Origin: Phoronis australis
Lineage: Eukaryota > Animalia > Phoronida
Direction: 5' to 3'
DNA: 64,000 bases
Assembly (NCBI GenBank): GCA_002633005.1
Contig: NMRA01000705.1
Coordinates: forward strand, 130,222 to 194,221
The notes under the pieces were generated by a model. That model was not told where the DNA came from, searched no databases, and saw only the letters and a program-made list of their open reading frames with translations. Below are positions 10,092 through 25,000 of this stretch, in pieces; the first letter of the stretch is position 1; each line of letters begins with the position of its first letter. Both the position numbers and the translations under genes were made by a program.

Positions 10092-13000
10092 GTAACTCGC
10101 AAACATTTTTGAGTCTGGTCTGGTAACTAGTTTTAATTATTGTCTGCAGTAATCGTCTGTGTTAGTGCCCGAATTTAGCTCACACTCCAATTTTAAAAAT
10201 GATCTTTTTTAAATACCCATGTTCTGTAAAATAACATCCAATTTATAGACTGAATTTTAGTCTCTTGAAACAACCAGGTCTATCATTGCAACCATGAAAA
10301 ATTGCAGCTTCCAGAACTAAAGTATTCATTTACCTGTGACTCATGAACAGTACATTGATTGTACTGCTACTTGTGGAGGTAATGTAGCCAACATAACTGC
10401 ATGGGGATCCCTCCTGCAACGTCTTCAAAAACCTCTTAATACGCTGTGCAACTCTACTCTTAGATTAAAGTTGTTTCCTGGTCTCTTTCCATGCAGCCAA
10501 GACCACGTGTGAGTGGCGAGAATGTGGTTGCCAGTTGGACGCTGACGTTCCCACCATCTCTCGCCATGTGTTCTTCCACGCCTTCCATACCAAGATCAAG
10601 TTCATCGGACAGACCCTTCTAGAGCGTAGTTCCCTGACTGGCTGTACACTGGACTCCGGTGGCAGGAATATGATCCCGGAACTACCCGAGAGTCTGACCT
10701 GTGGCTGGGACACATGCGGAGTGAGTTGCCGTAGTGACCGCTGATAGTGGAATGCTTGATAACGCTTGTTCTTAAAGTATTCTTTCCCTTGTTTCAAGAG
10801 TTCATAATATAAGACATACTTCATCATTTCAAAGGTGTCAGAAGAGAAAAACATCTTTCAAAAATAACTACAGTTTTTATGTATTTGCGTTTTTATGCGC
10901 AGACGTGTTCGTGGGGTACATATTGCCATCATCTCTGCTTGAGTGTCTGATGTCCATAGCTGTATGTCGTAAGCCCCTCACATGATCTTAACCAGATTTG
11001 GTATATGTGTTCCTATGATGATGACAACGGACCGATCCCACTACCGGTGTGGCCCCTAGTGGAAATTTTATTTTCTTACCTTTTGCTCTGTATCTTTGGT
11101 ATTCTTGGGTGGATTTTCATTAAATTTAAATTTGCAAGTAGATTTCTATAAAGATGGCAACACGTTTCCATTTTAGAGTGGCTTTGACGATTCGGCTCTG
11201 CCTAGTGCCCATTTTTAAAATTTTTGAGTCAGTTTTTTTGGTGTCCACGTTTCTATCTGCCAAACTGCTTGAACATTATGAAAATTGACTGGTGTGTTCT
11301 AATGAGATGACTGCGGCTAACGAAGATTTCCAGATGGGTGTTACTACTCTGGCACCCCCTCGTAGTGATTTTTGTTTTTTGTGTCTGCAGCTGTATCTCC
11401 TTAGCCCTTTACAAGAACTTTGTGATATTTGGCTGATATGTTGATGTGTTTCCATGGAGCTGACAACAGCTGATGACTAGTTTCAGACCAATCCAAATAT
11501 TGGTGTGCGTTCTAGTGGCAATTTTGTTATTTTTTTTGTTTTCCTCTATATGTTCGGAGTTCATTGTGTCCGTTTTCTGATGCCTGCCTCCCTATCTGCC
11601 ATATCACTCAAGGGATCATTAGGGAAATTTACAGACGTGTTCTTGATGAGAAGGCCACATCCCACATTGACTTTCGGATGGGTCTGACTACTGTGTTTTG
11701 CACCCTAGTGGCTATTTTGTTTTTTTGTGTCTGTGGTTGAATCTCCTTAACCCTGTGAAGGAGCTTTGTGAAATGTTTTCCCTGGCACCATTCTACCATA
11801 AGTACACCTCGTTTACTCAATGTTATGACAATTTTGTGAATGAAAGTACTGAAGGTATACGAAGCTGTTCTGTACCTGGCGGGAAATTCGATTTGATTGA
11901 AAGCCCTTTAACCTTTAACCTCGAATAAGTAGTAAACAAATATCCACACGGTTGTGCGGTACAAAGGTAGTTCTGTTAAATCTTTTTTTTCTCGCTATTC
12001 AGTATACATTTTGTATTTGAAGTTCCCCGAGAATGAAGATAAGATATTTTACTAGACACGTGAAATATTGTAAAAATGGCCATTTTTTGTGAATAAGGTT
12101 TGAGATTTATCCTTAATGGGTTTTCATGAAATTTGCCGAATAGGTATCTATTAGATGCCACAATGACATTTTCAAATGGATTCAATGTATTTTGCACTAC
12201 TTATTAGCCATTTTCAGTTTTTAGGATTGGTCTGTGTTTTGCCCAAACCACCGTAAGGGTGATTATGAAAGTTGGCAGGTATGTTCCTACTGAGGAGAGG
12301 ATAGCTGACAATGATTTGCAGACGACTCCGAGTATAATGGCTCCTCCATTTTGTTTTTTATTTCTGTGGCTGTACCTCCTAAACCCTTTGCAAGATCTTA
12401 GTTAAACTTGGCAAGTGTAGTTATATGAAGATTACTACAAATGACGACGACTTTCAGATGGATCCAACAACTGCTCTGTATCTTTGGAGTTCCTGGATGG
12501 ATTTTTATGAAATGTGGTAAATAGATTTCCATTAAAGAGGTGATGACATCTCTGTTTTCAGATGGGTTCAATGTTGCACACGACACATAGTGGCCGTTTT
12601 TACTATTTTTGAGTCTGTTTTTTGCGTCCACCTCTCTGTCACCCAAACCACTCTTAGAAAAGTTAACATATATCTTCTTACTGGGAATAGGTCATGTGAC
12701 GATGATTTTTGGATGGTGGCTCCTTGTGGCAGTTTCATTTTTGTTGCGTCCATGGCTTTATCTCCTGAACCCTCTGCAATGGCATCTCTCAGCACGCCAC
12801 CTAGTGGCATTTTTTATTATTTTTGAGTCTGCAGTTTTTGGTGTTTGGCTCTTTGTCAGCCAAACCACTTTTTGGATGATTATGAAAATTGACAAATATT
12901 TTCTTAATGGGAAGAGGATGTGTGGCAATGAGTTTGGACCGTGACAACAGATGACGACATTTGGACGTATCTGACATATCTGACCACCTGGCCCCAGTGC

Positions 13001-16000
13001 CAGTTTTCATGGGCTTGGCAAGTGTATTCCTATTGAGGAGAGCATTGTTGACTTGCTATGCACCCCCTAGAAGCTATCGTAAGTTTATTAGCACTGCTCC
13101 ATTTAGTGAGAACATTTAAAAGTAATAATCATCCCTTGTATCTGAGCTGTGTGTGATGCACATGGTGGACACATATCAATGCTCTGCTTTGCTCTTGTTT
13201 CTTTCGTTGAGTTTTTCAGTACCTAAGATCTCCATTTGTCTTTAAAATCATATGACTGGTTTCAGATATTGGCATATTTTCACCATTTCTGACATCCTCT
13301 TTCAGTGCATATTCGACAACCCAGAACTGTTCTATCGTCATGTTGACACTCATATTGAAGGGTTTGAGAAGGGCAACAAGCCAGACTCACCTGTTAAGTG
13401 TTACTGGGAAGGTAAACTTTTGATTCAACATATATCTTTTCATCAGCCTTATGATATCCAATGTCAAGCACACAAAGATTTTATGCTCTGTTAAAAATCT
13501 GACAAGATGTATTTGGTACAGGTAATCAGTAAAACATGTTTGAATGAAATATTGTTATCAAATTTTGCTATTGTGACACTTCAAAAAATTTTCTGTAAGT
13601 TCTTAACTTGGAAAGTTATGTAGCTACTTAGAGGGGAAACTTACCTCTGTTGAGTATTTCCATAATGTCATTTCAAGTAAATCAACTTCATAGGATTGTA
13701 TCTCAGAATCCGATATAACTTTGAGGTACTATAAAATATTCACTGTTCCGCCAAACTCTTGTTAGGTATAATAATTGTTTTTAAGTCATATCACTTTTGC
13801 CTAAGGTACAGTTAAAAACTTTGTTATAACATGTTATTCCTAGCATCTTCTCACTTATAATGCTGTGCTGAAAACTGGTCATGAATTGAAACATCACTTC
13901 TTAGTTTTGCTGTACTTTACAAATTACTTACAGGTTGTCATCATGTGCTGAAGTCACGTCATAAGTTGAAACATCACTTGCGAAGTCACAGTCAAGAGAA
14001 GGTGGTGGCATGTCCTGTATGTGGCAGTTTGTTTGCCAACAACACTAAACTGTTGGATCATGTCTCTAGGCAGATGGGTGCTGGTAAGGGCTCATTTCTT
14101 AACTAGATTTTTAGACCACATTTCCAGACAGGCAGGCGCTGGCGAGGGATTCATTTCTTAAGTTATACATGCCTATCCCAGTTGTTAGAGGTTGAAAATT
14201 GTGATAAAGAAAAGGGGTCCAACAAGGACATCTAGAGGAAATCTAGGTGGTCCAACTAAACATCATCACTCAAACTGAGACACCTTAGCTAGTACCCTGT
14301 GGGCATTTGGATATTCTGTTCACATTTGGACTCCAAAGAAGTAAACACATGAAGCATGTGTGTTTTGTCTTGCTACCAGCAGTGGTGGGGGCTCCTTGGC
14401 CTGTCCAGAATACAATAAAATTTGGTTAAGTTTACATGTAAGGTACGATAAACTTTATTGCAGCAACGTGACTTGGGATCATAAACACACAGATGCGCGT
14501 CATTGATCTTTGGCACCTTAAGAAACTGGCATGGGAAACCCATTCTGAGCGCCCTGTTTTTGAAATCCATCTAGTATGTGTCTTTAAACCTATGGAAAGT
14601 AGTTTGTATTCATGATGCTTCATGATGACTCCAGGTTTTGTCAGTAGACCATGAGAACACGAGGTCTGATGGAGTGGTTAATACTCCATTGCAAACATCT
14701 AGTCCGCAGTTATCTGTTTTTGAAATAGTACTACATTTGTCTTTAGTTACATGTACCATTTCAAGATGATACATGTACATTTGTTCTTAGCTACATACTC
14801 AAGATGGTACAGGTACATTTGTCTTTAGCTACATATATCATTTCAAGATCATGGTACACTTACATTAATTTGTCTTTAGTTGCATGCACCATTTCAAGAT
14901 GGTACATTATACATAGCATTCAATCATTCTGCAAGGTGTTACTAACAATATCTAAATATGTTCAATGCTAGATAAATGAATATATATAACAATGTGTCTT
15001 TTTACCTTCTGTCAATCCATGATGATTGAGAAAGAAACACTAACTAGAGCATTCTTTTTATTTCCTGCTACTGATTGACATGTGCCATCAACATTACAAT
15101 TCATGAGTGATACTTCCTATCACTCTGACAATACTGAGAGTCACGCAATAAACTACTGAGTTTCGTGTGGCAACTGTGACTTGCAACAAGTTGTCACTAA
15201 CACTTATTGTTATTATGAAAACTACCCAGTGAGTGACTTGTGATATCAATACACAACTCCTCCATGACATTTGTTATCAATATCACAAGTTGTCACTAAC
15301 ACTTACTGTTATTATGAAAACTACCCAGTGAGTGACTTGTGATATCAATACAAATTTCCTCCATGACATCTGTTATCAATATCACAAGTTGTCACTAACA
15401 CTTACTGTTATTATAACAACTACCCAGGGACATAATATGTGATGTCAATGTGTCATATATTGAGTGACAGGCACATGTGCCATCAACTGACAACAATGAG
15501 TACAATCACCTAAAACATGCCAGAATACATGGCTCACACCAGTGCACCTAATTGATATCTACTAACTCTATTTTCTGTTTGAGTCTTCTGGAAAGTCGTT
15601 GATGATCTCAGCTGTTCTGTAGTGCTTTAGGTGTAGCCTCGAAGAAATTAGTTAACCTAGCTAGGAGCCAGTCACCTGCTGGAGTTGGTAGTAAGTTAGC
15701 TATGAAGTAGAGGAGGAAGGCTCCCTGGCCAGGTCTGTAGTAGGCGCAAGGGTAACAGGATGTCAGAGCATGTTGAATGGAGTCTGTTACTGGGCGTAGA
15801 TCTATGGCTGACTCTATGGCATTCCTCTGGTAGTCTGCAACATACATTAGAGATACACGCTGATTGATTAACAGTCTCTGTCCACAAAAGATAACTGTTA
15901 ATGGTGACAATTCAGTGGATGTTGGACTAGTCATTGATGCTACGCTGTTGAAATTGGTCAGCAGATGTTGCCCCTTTTTCACCACAAAGCACCTCTTGTT

Positions 16001-19000
16001 ATTTCTCAGTTGAAACTAAGGCATTGCTGTGGGCCTGCTATCATTAATGTAGTTGATGTGAATCGTGCACAGTTGTCTTCTTTTCTTTATCAAGATTTAT
16101 GCTGAAATTTCACCATCTTCACAGTGAACTGTCACTTTATTTGACAAACTTCTTAATAGTCTTAGTACTTGTGAAAGCATATCATGTGTTATAAACTAAT
16201 GCTGGCCACGTTTCAATTAAATTTTAATCTGTCCATACCTATCTTAAAATAATCCCGACCATAGTCTTCTTGTACTGTCGTATCGCACTCATCGTACCAG
16301 TCTGTAAGCACATCTGTTCTCACATTGTCTGTGATGTCTGAAATATATTGTATGCTACATGGTTGTGTTGAAGTCAAATAATTGTACTCGTTTCCCTTTA
16401 TGTTGTTGAAGATGGCCTGTCTTAACGAGACATTATCAGTTTATGTTCCTATTTTGGGATTCTCGTTTGGTGGTATAGTTACACTTCTTGAAGTTTTTGC
16501 CTTTGACTAGAGCTATCAAACAATAAAATCTGATTTTATTACAAATTGCTAATTCACGCCTTTGTCTACCAGACATGTGCTGAAACCAAGGTTTGTAACT
16601 TAATGCCAGTTAAATACAATTAATATACCTTTCATTCATCGATTTGTATTTAGTTATGCCAACACGGGATTAGACTGAGACTGCAGGGGTTCCAGGTTCA
16701 ATTTTCTACTGAGGCTGATCTCCAATCTGTTCTCATCGATATGTCCCTTTACTGAGTTTCTAGTGAATGGCTATTGTTTAGTCTGCAATTTACCTGGCTC
16801 CTGAAATTAATCAATTCTCAAGAACTATATTTTTGCCTCACTATATCATGAATGTACTATCCTTTGTTGAAATGGGACCCTGGTTTTCAGTGTGAAATGA
16901 AATATTCTCTTCCATAAGATTTGACATTGAATTAGTTTGAGCTTTTCCCTTTTCTTTAACTTTTTCATTTATTTGTAGTTATAAAAGTTATACATGGAGT
17001 GCTGATTATTCAAGGGGTAGATACTTAAGTCCACTAAGTTCTGTGGAATCCCAAAAAATCCTTTGTTATACTGTTGAATCTAATGAGCAGATCAAAATTA
17101 CAGAACAGCATGGCTTGATGGATCAAATCCTGCAGCTGCTCTAGAATGGAAATTTGCAGGCTGGACAATTTTTTTTTGTGAATTTAGTTTTATTTACTTT
17201 CAGCACACCAGGTTTTCTTCAGACAGTGATGTTGACTGTTGACATGTTTAATTTCATAGGGTGTTGTGGCTACTCATCTGGTTCGAGCACGGAATTTGAT
17301 TGCAGGCATAAGTTTCATCCTTTGCCATTGTGTTTTGCTTGGCTTGGCCACTGGATTTAATGTACATACTGCTGCTGCTGCTGCTGCTGCTCAATTTGGT
17401 TGTCCAGCCAGAGTATGAATCCTGCTCTATTGTTTCCAGTTCTTGTGATTGAAGCAGATCGATACTTACTGGTTTTAAATCCAGCCGGCATGAGTGTAGA
17501 CACTGATACGCCCCACCTGGACATCTCCAGACGCAGAGTGTGGGCAAACATCTCCACTGCAGCTTTACTGGCGCTGTAGACGCCCAGTCTCATCATTGGA
17601 CACGTACCTGGAAAGAAGCTCATCATGTCTTAGAAGCCATTGCAGCAGAACTGGGACCTGTGTCTCAAAGAGTATTTAGCTTTTTAATTCCCGCTTAAGA
17701 ATTGGTATGCAGCCCCTTTACCATTTCAGGAAAGTCAGGCTAAGGCTGATAGTCAGAAAATCCAACTTCAACTCGAAACAACTTCGACAAGCACAAAAGA
17801 CAAAAAATCAGTTTTAGGTTGTTCGCAGTCAGATTTCTGGCTTTTGGCTAAAGACAAAAGCCAACGGACACTTCAGGAAACAGGCCCCTGTGTGTTGATA
17901 CGGATGTGCCACCACACTGGGTGGGGGTATTTTGCCTTCTCTGGTGTCAGTGCTTGAGTGTATTTTGGTGATATAATCTCGAGTGAATAAGAGAAAGAAG
18001 AGGTGACATTGGATGTTTGATAAGATTTGTTTGGTTTCTGGTTGAGCTTTTTGTAATTTGGTGCTGCCTTGGATACCCATTGGCCCACCTTTCCCTGATA
18101 TTGCTCTGGTCAAAATTTTGAGTTTGACACCCCCATAACCATGCGGATGAGAACCCGGGGCATCAACTGGCCCAAAACTCAAAAATGTTCCAGGTATCAT
18201 TGCCAAGCTTTGGACGCTGCACAGTTATAATCAAGTGGTGAATATTTTGATGTGGACAACATGCTGTCTGTTACTTAATCAGTAAAATTACTGTTCCTCA
18301 CTCAATGTGTCATCCACCTGGTGGACACATTTCGTTATTGCTTGTCATGGGTTAATGTGATAATAATTAATGAGATTGTGAACATACTTTGTATGTGTTG
18401 GTGTACACGGGTATGCTGTACCTGCTTCCTGTCTCTCACCTGCAACACTGGACATGAACACCAATCGTCCCCCTGACTGCCGTATGAAGGGCAGGAACAT
18501 CTTGGTCACCCTGACTGTACCCATTACATTCACATCTATCAACTGCTGTATCACTCTCATTGGCATCATCTCTACGTCTCCAAGGTAAAGGATCCCTGCA
18601 TTGTTCACCAGTCCCCACAGTCCTAGGTTATATGTCATTAGATTCTCATTGATCGTTAGCAGAACTAGGTTGCATTTATGCCATTGTATTCTCATGGGTG
18701 GTAAACCTTGTAGTTGTTATAAACCTGCCTTCCGTCAAAAATAACCTGATGTAGACAATTTAACTGTTATAAAACTGGTCTCAACTTGTCTCTTCTCAGA
18801 TTAGCACTGATTTCTGGACTTGAGGGAAGTTACTGTACGTTATTGGTCGAGACTGTATAAGCCCAGTACGTTGCCTTGACTCATCAGGTTACTGTATATT
18901 CTTTAAGCATAATCTCAATGAATCACAAACAGCCAGTGCTTTTCAAGGCCAGAAATACTTTCTGATATTAGTAAGGAGAATGGCATTCAAGCCTAGTTTT

Positions 19001-22000
19001 AAAGCAGTAAGTTGTTTGTATTTGACAAGTTGCATGGATGGCACCTTGGCCAAATTTTACGGGTCTGTCTTACTTAGGAGTCATTGTTTCAAGCAAGGGC
19101 AACATGTTTTATGCATTTTCTAAAATTAATTATTATAATTCTCAAAACTGTGACGACTGTAAGTTATGCAATATAATTTATATAAAACTTTAATTTCAAT
19201 AGTTGCTGCAAAAGATGTTATAATTGATACTGTGTCTCATTGAATTCAATACTTCGTTATCAGCATTCTGTTTTGAACAATTTTGTTTCATCGTTGGTTT
19301 TCAATTTTAGTACCCACCCTGGCCATCCAGCTCTGTGGCTATAGTGTCCACTGCCTTGTCCAGTTGGTCTTGCTGTGTTATATCCATTTGTAACACTCGC
19401 AGTCGTTCAGAACAGTTCTGTCGTAGTGTCTCCGCCCCTGAACCATCTGACTGGAGACATCCTGCGAACACTGTGAAGCCACACATGTCCAGCTTGATAG
19501 CCAGTGCATGACCTATACCACAGTCACAACCTAACAATAATCAATAGTTTTACATTCAGTATATCAGTATGTGTAAACTAAATGGTTTCACATCTTCAGT
19601 ATATTAAAAGTTTAAACTAAATGATTCCACACCAGTATACCTATAAGACTACTCAATGGTTTCACATCAGTAAAAGTATTACATAAATGTAAACTCTGGT
19701 TTCACATCAGAATTCTTTGTGTTAACTCAATAATTTCAAATCAAATACATTCTGTTGACTATAGGGTTTCACATCAGAATAGCTAAGTTTTATATTCAAT
19801 AGCTTCACATCAGAATGCATTGTATATATTCAATGATTTCACTTCAAAATACATATTGTGAACTTGAAGGTTTCACATTAGACTGCCTTCCTTTAATTCA
19901 TAGTGGTTCGGCACTGGAGTACTTAATCGTAATTTAATTCTTTCATATTTCAATACTTGACATAAACGTCAGTTTTTGACAGTTTACAGTAGATATTCTG
20001 ACACCACCAGAACTTGTATTGTAAACAGTTTCGCATCAGAATACATGCTGTCCTTCATGTTATGTGCTATGTAGATATGGAGTTAACGTATATTGAGAAG
20101 TATTTTGCATTTCTACGCACTTACCTGTAATAAGGACTGCCTTTTTGTCAACTGGTAACAGCTGACGCCGTCGTCTGTAAACCCACAATGCAGACAGCCC
20201 ACCAAGTGCCATGACCAGGCCAGTGGGAAATTGTTGACCATTTAGAGAGTATAAATGCATGTGAAATGAAGAAAAATCCTGAAATCACATCAGGCTAAAT
20301 TAGACGGCCTAAATATCTCAGAAGCCTTGTTGTAACAGACGAGTGAAGTTTCTACAATTTAGAGCACGATATTGTGAAATGGTGATTTTTTATCAAATTT
20401 ACCTGCACAACTAAACAGTTTGTATTGTATAGTTGTTTTTTTTAATGTATGTTTACTATTTTCAGAAACTGGAAAATACAATTTCACCAATTATTTTTGT
20501 TCTCATTTGAAGGAACTTTACTGTGTCTAATTGTTGAAGTTAATGAGCCAGGCATTTCATTGCAGAAGGCAATTCCTACCAGTGTTCTCACTGCAACAGG
20601 CGGTATCCCACAGAGAGGCTACTCAGGGATCATATGAGGCACCATGGTAAGATAAAGTACCAATTCTCACAACCAGGACAATTTCTGATGGGAGAAAATT
20701 ATGTAATTTGTTAATAAGCTGTCATGCAGTTTTGTGAATAGCCCGAAAAGAGGCCATAGTAACTTAACCATATTGAAAGTTGTGGCCAAAATAGGCCAAT
20801 GTAATGATTGTGTTTTGTACCTGCTGTCAAGTACATTCCTGTACAGGCTTTACCATTTTGGCAAAAATTTAAAATGAAAAAATAGTCATCTTACTGACAT
20901 TTACGATTAATTTTAAAACACGATATAGCAGAATTTTCATCTAAGGCAAACAGGAAGAAAACTAGTTACTTCATTGTATGCATGGTTTAGATTGCACTGC
21001 TGCCATGAGTTAACACACAATCAAATTTATGCATTTAAAATGGAAAAATGACCAATTTGACGTTTGTTCAAATTTAAAGAATCTTTACTATTGTTTTTTG
21101 AATAACTATCTGAAAGAAGGTAAATTAAAACTTTTCTTATTGAAGTCAATCCTGACATCATTTGTGTCGGAGGTTATTTACACCAAGTGACCTCTGCAGT
21201 TACATTGGCACACTGTAATACACCAACTGTGATTAAGTATATTGAAACTCTGAATTAAGGGGTTGTAAACCAACCTTGTTTTTGGTTATTTCACTCAAAT
21301 CATAGATTCTTTTCGCCTCCAATTTCCCCTTACCGATAACCGTGTTATTTGGCTAAAGCACATGAAATCCTCTTCCTGTCACTAAACAGATCCTATATTT
21401 TGAGTTGTTCAATCTTTGGTCAAGTAATGATCACACTTCCCAATTTAGTACAGATTTTGCGGGTTTTCAGATTCGTTCCGAGATCTTGAGACTTGGTTTT
21501 GGCTACAGAGCGTTATTTAAGAAAGTGGTCTAAAATAAGGTTTAGTATCCTTAGAAATTACCATCGATAGGTGAAGCATATCCTGATATATTTTGATTCA
21601 AAAATAGTTTAGTATAACTCGCAGAAGCCGAGTTTAACCTGATGAAGATATTCAGTTTCCAAATAAGGCAAAATTTAACTTATTTGAAAGGCCAAGTACA
21701 CGGACTAGAATAACCACACTGCGGAAGTTTTTCTAAGTCAAGCAAAAATTCCAACATATGTGAGCTTTACCTAAAATACTTTATTTCGGCATTGTTTAGC
21801 TGCCAAACAACAAAAATAATTAAACCACTTATGATCATAAGATCATTCCCATGATATTCGTTGCGATAATAGGATCCAATTTTCATTACCTATAAGAACA
21901 TGGAAACCAACGTCTCAAGGTATCGTTTCAGAGTTTGTTAGTGCTGGCCAACCCTAAAATTGTAGATTCAAGATTAGCATGTGTAAGCATGGAATGACTT

Positions 22001-25000
22001 GAGTTGCCAGCTCATTCGGCAGTGATTCAAGATTGGATAAGCGTGGAAATCGTACAAAATACTGCTAAGAGATATGCTTTACTCACCTGTATGTGGAATG
22101 CTACTCCGCCCATAATTAACGCTCTCTTTATAATCCCTTCTCTGATACCCTGCTGAGTAGCATTATGTTAACTTCAGGTAGACCTGTGCGTTGGCTTTTG
22201 ATGAGTATATTCTGAGTCTTTTAAGAACTATCATGTGACATTTGTCATGTTTGACAAAATGCTAATCTTTAGTATTCTCAGTCATGGTCGAACCATGTAG
22301 TAGCTTGCTTATAATTTTTCATTCCTCAATTTCCAAACCAACTGTAGTGTTTTCGATACACAAATTTTGAACATTATTAGAAGATAATAATGATATTAGT
22401 GATATGACAGCTGATAAATTCAATTAATATATTAATAGCTCTTGTGCTTCTCAGTACTTTGTGTTTTTACAATTTCAAATCACGGCAGTTCAGATGCACC
22501 CATGTTTTTGAAGACGTTTAGCTGAACATCTCCCATACACAACCTTGTGTGCTTAACCAGCAGTTATCTCCCCTGTGCAGCATGCCGTGGCCTTTGTACT
22601 CACCTACCAAATATTTCTGTGAACTTTGACATAGGGCACAGAATCCCCCCGTCGGGTAATCACTATAAGTGTCCTCATGTGACCCCTGTCCCTCATATGT
22701 CCCCTTTTTACTCCAGTGAACCATTACAAGTGCCCCTTGTGTGACATGACATGTCCCTGGCCATCAACACTCAAGCTTCACATGCAATACAGACACACAG
22801 ATGTTAAACCATACGTCTGTGACCAGTGTGGATACAGGTAAGATTTCAAGTATTCCTGTATTTGAGACGAGCCAGCTGGTGGTGGATGGATCTTGTCTTG
22901 TACGTTTTTACCAAAGTATATCCACCATACTTTCCAAATATGAAGACAGACATGTATCACACGGAACCATGTTTATTATTTTTATAAGTTCCATTAGTGC
23001 GGTACACACTAGTGTGCCAACATAAACATGTCTGCCACGTCGCTAGCTAGGTTATTCGAGCTTAGTTTGGAACCTTGAATAAGGTACTACAAAAGGTGAT
23101 TAGTACTACTTAAGGTTGAATAATCTTATACTTTCAAACTTTTATCATAAGGATTATTGATACTAGATGAATTCAGTGTCGTACTTGCTGTTAATCTCAA
23201 GTAGAAACTGGAAAATAGCAGCTCCACCTTCAGGAAGAATGTTCAGTCGTAAAGTGATAGCGTACTGAGTTGAACCCAGAGTCACCCTTGTCATGGTTTA
23301 TAATCTTTATATCAAAAAACAAAACTAAAAACAATTTCAATTCTGTTAGTTCTGTCTTTACAATTGATACAAGTTTTTCCCACCTTCGTTTTGAGCTTGA
23401 TAGATGCAGATAGACATGAGAAAGCCAGATTTTGAACAGGTTGAGAACTGATCTAAATCAAAGAGGATTTATTGACGTTATTTATGTGTTTTCTATGTAT
23501 GTGCGACACTTGCATTCATTCCATGGGGTACTCACTTGTATTTACACACTAATTCATGGAGAAGAGAAGAGTTAGTTACTGTCATTTTTACACTAATTCA
23601 TGGAGAAGAGATGGTCACAGTGATATTCCTGACCAAGTTTAAACCTTCGCCCTTTTGGTGCACCTGATAACGTGCCCTGCTGACTTAGTGTAATTAAATT
23701 GGTAACACATGAAATAGAAACCCCAAGGGCAGTCAAAATAAGAAGAGAGTCACGTTTTACCTGACTGGCTGTAAGTTGACCAGAATTTTGCATTTTGGGA
23801 GGAGTTGTGCTTTAAAAGATGGGCTGGGGGGGTGAGAGTGCGCACTGCTGCAATGTACTTGTGCCTTTTATTTTTTATGCCCTAATGGCACAAAGGCGCA
23901 ATCCAGGAATATCCCTGTGTTCACTAGTTTTTACACAATATTTTGGAGAAGATAGGTGGTAGTCATTAGTGTTTACATACAAATTCATGAAAAAGATAAG
24001 ACATGGTCACTAGTGTTTACGCTCTAGTTCATGGACACTATAAGAGGTAACCACTTGTATTTACTTGCTAATTCATGGAGAAGATAAGAGATAGTCACTA
24101 GTGTTTACATACTAATTCATGGAGAAGATAAGAGATAGTCACTAGTGTTTACATACTTATTCATGAAGAAGATAAGAGATAGTCAGTAGTGTTTACATAC
24201 TAATTCATGGAGAAGATAAGATATAGTCGCTAGTGTTTACATACTAATTCATGGAGAAGATAAGAGATAGTCACTAGTGTTTACATACTAATTCATGAAG
24301 AAGATAAGAGATAGTCACTAGTGTTTACATACTAATTCATGGAGAAGATAAGAGATAGTCACTAGTGTTTACATACTAATTCATGGAGAAGATAAGAGAT
24401 AGTCACTAGTGTTTACATACTAATTCATGAAGAAGATAAGAGATAGTCAGTAGTGTTTTCATACTAATTCATGGAGAAGTTAAGATATAGTCGCTAGTCT
24501 TTACATACTAATTCATGGAGAAGATAAGAGATAGTCACTAGTGTTTACATACTAATTCATGAAGAAGATAAGAGATAGTCACTAGTGTTTACATACTAAT
24601 TCATGGAGAAGATAAGAGATAGTCACTAGTGTTTACATACTAATTCATGAAGAAGATGAGAGATAGTCACTATCATTTACATATTAATTCATGCAGGAGA
24701 TATGAGATAGTCAGTTAAAGGGCTTGGCAGTCTGTTTGTAACCCCATTGAGTACCTACCTATAGTTTTGATATTAGAGGTCTTATCACCACAGTTATTAA
24801 TCCTATTACTAGACTTATGGTGTTTGTATTAGGACTGGCATTTGAGCAAAGCTGCAGCTTTCAAGCACAGTAATCCCTTCAGTTAGTTTAAGCTGAGACC
24901 AACAAGAATTGTTTACTGGCAGAAATGTTAAATGAAATTGGTTATGTGCAAACAGGTTTTGTCTACAAAGAGCACTGCTCATGAATGTTGTAACATTAGT

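Noticed and set aside
11878-11891. Second GGCGGGAAATTCGA E2F-like motif
   Set aside because: It lies inside an intronic repeat block with no other promoter evidence.
17357-17469. Poly-Q / poly-S tail in ORF-track proteins
   Set aside because: It lies beyond the SDR exon 4 donor (17470); it is an intronic CTG microsatellite.
23920-24715. CRISPR-like regular repeat array
   Set aside because: The 44-bp units abut with no unique spacers, there are no cas genes, and the array lies in a eukaryotic intron: a minisatellite.
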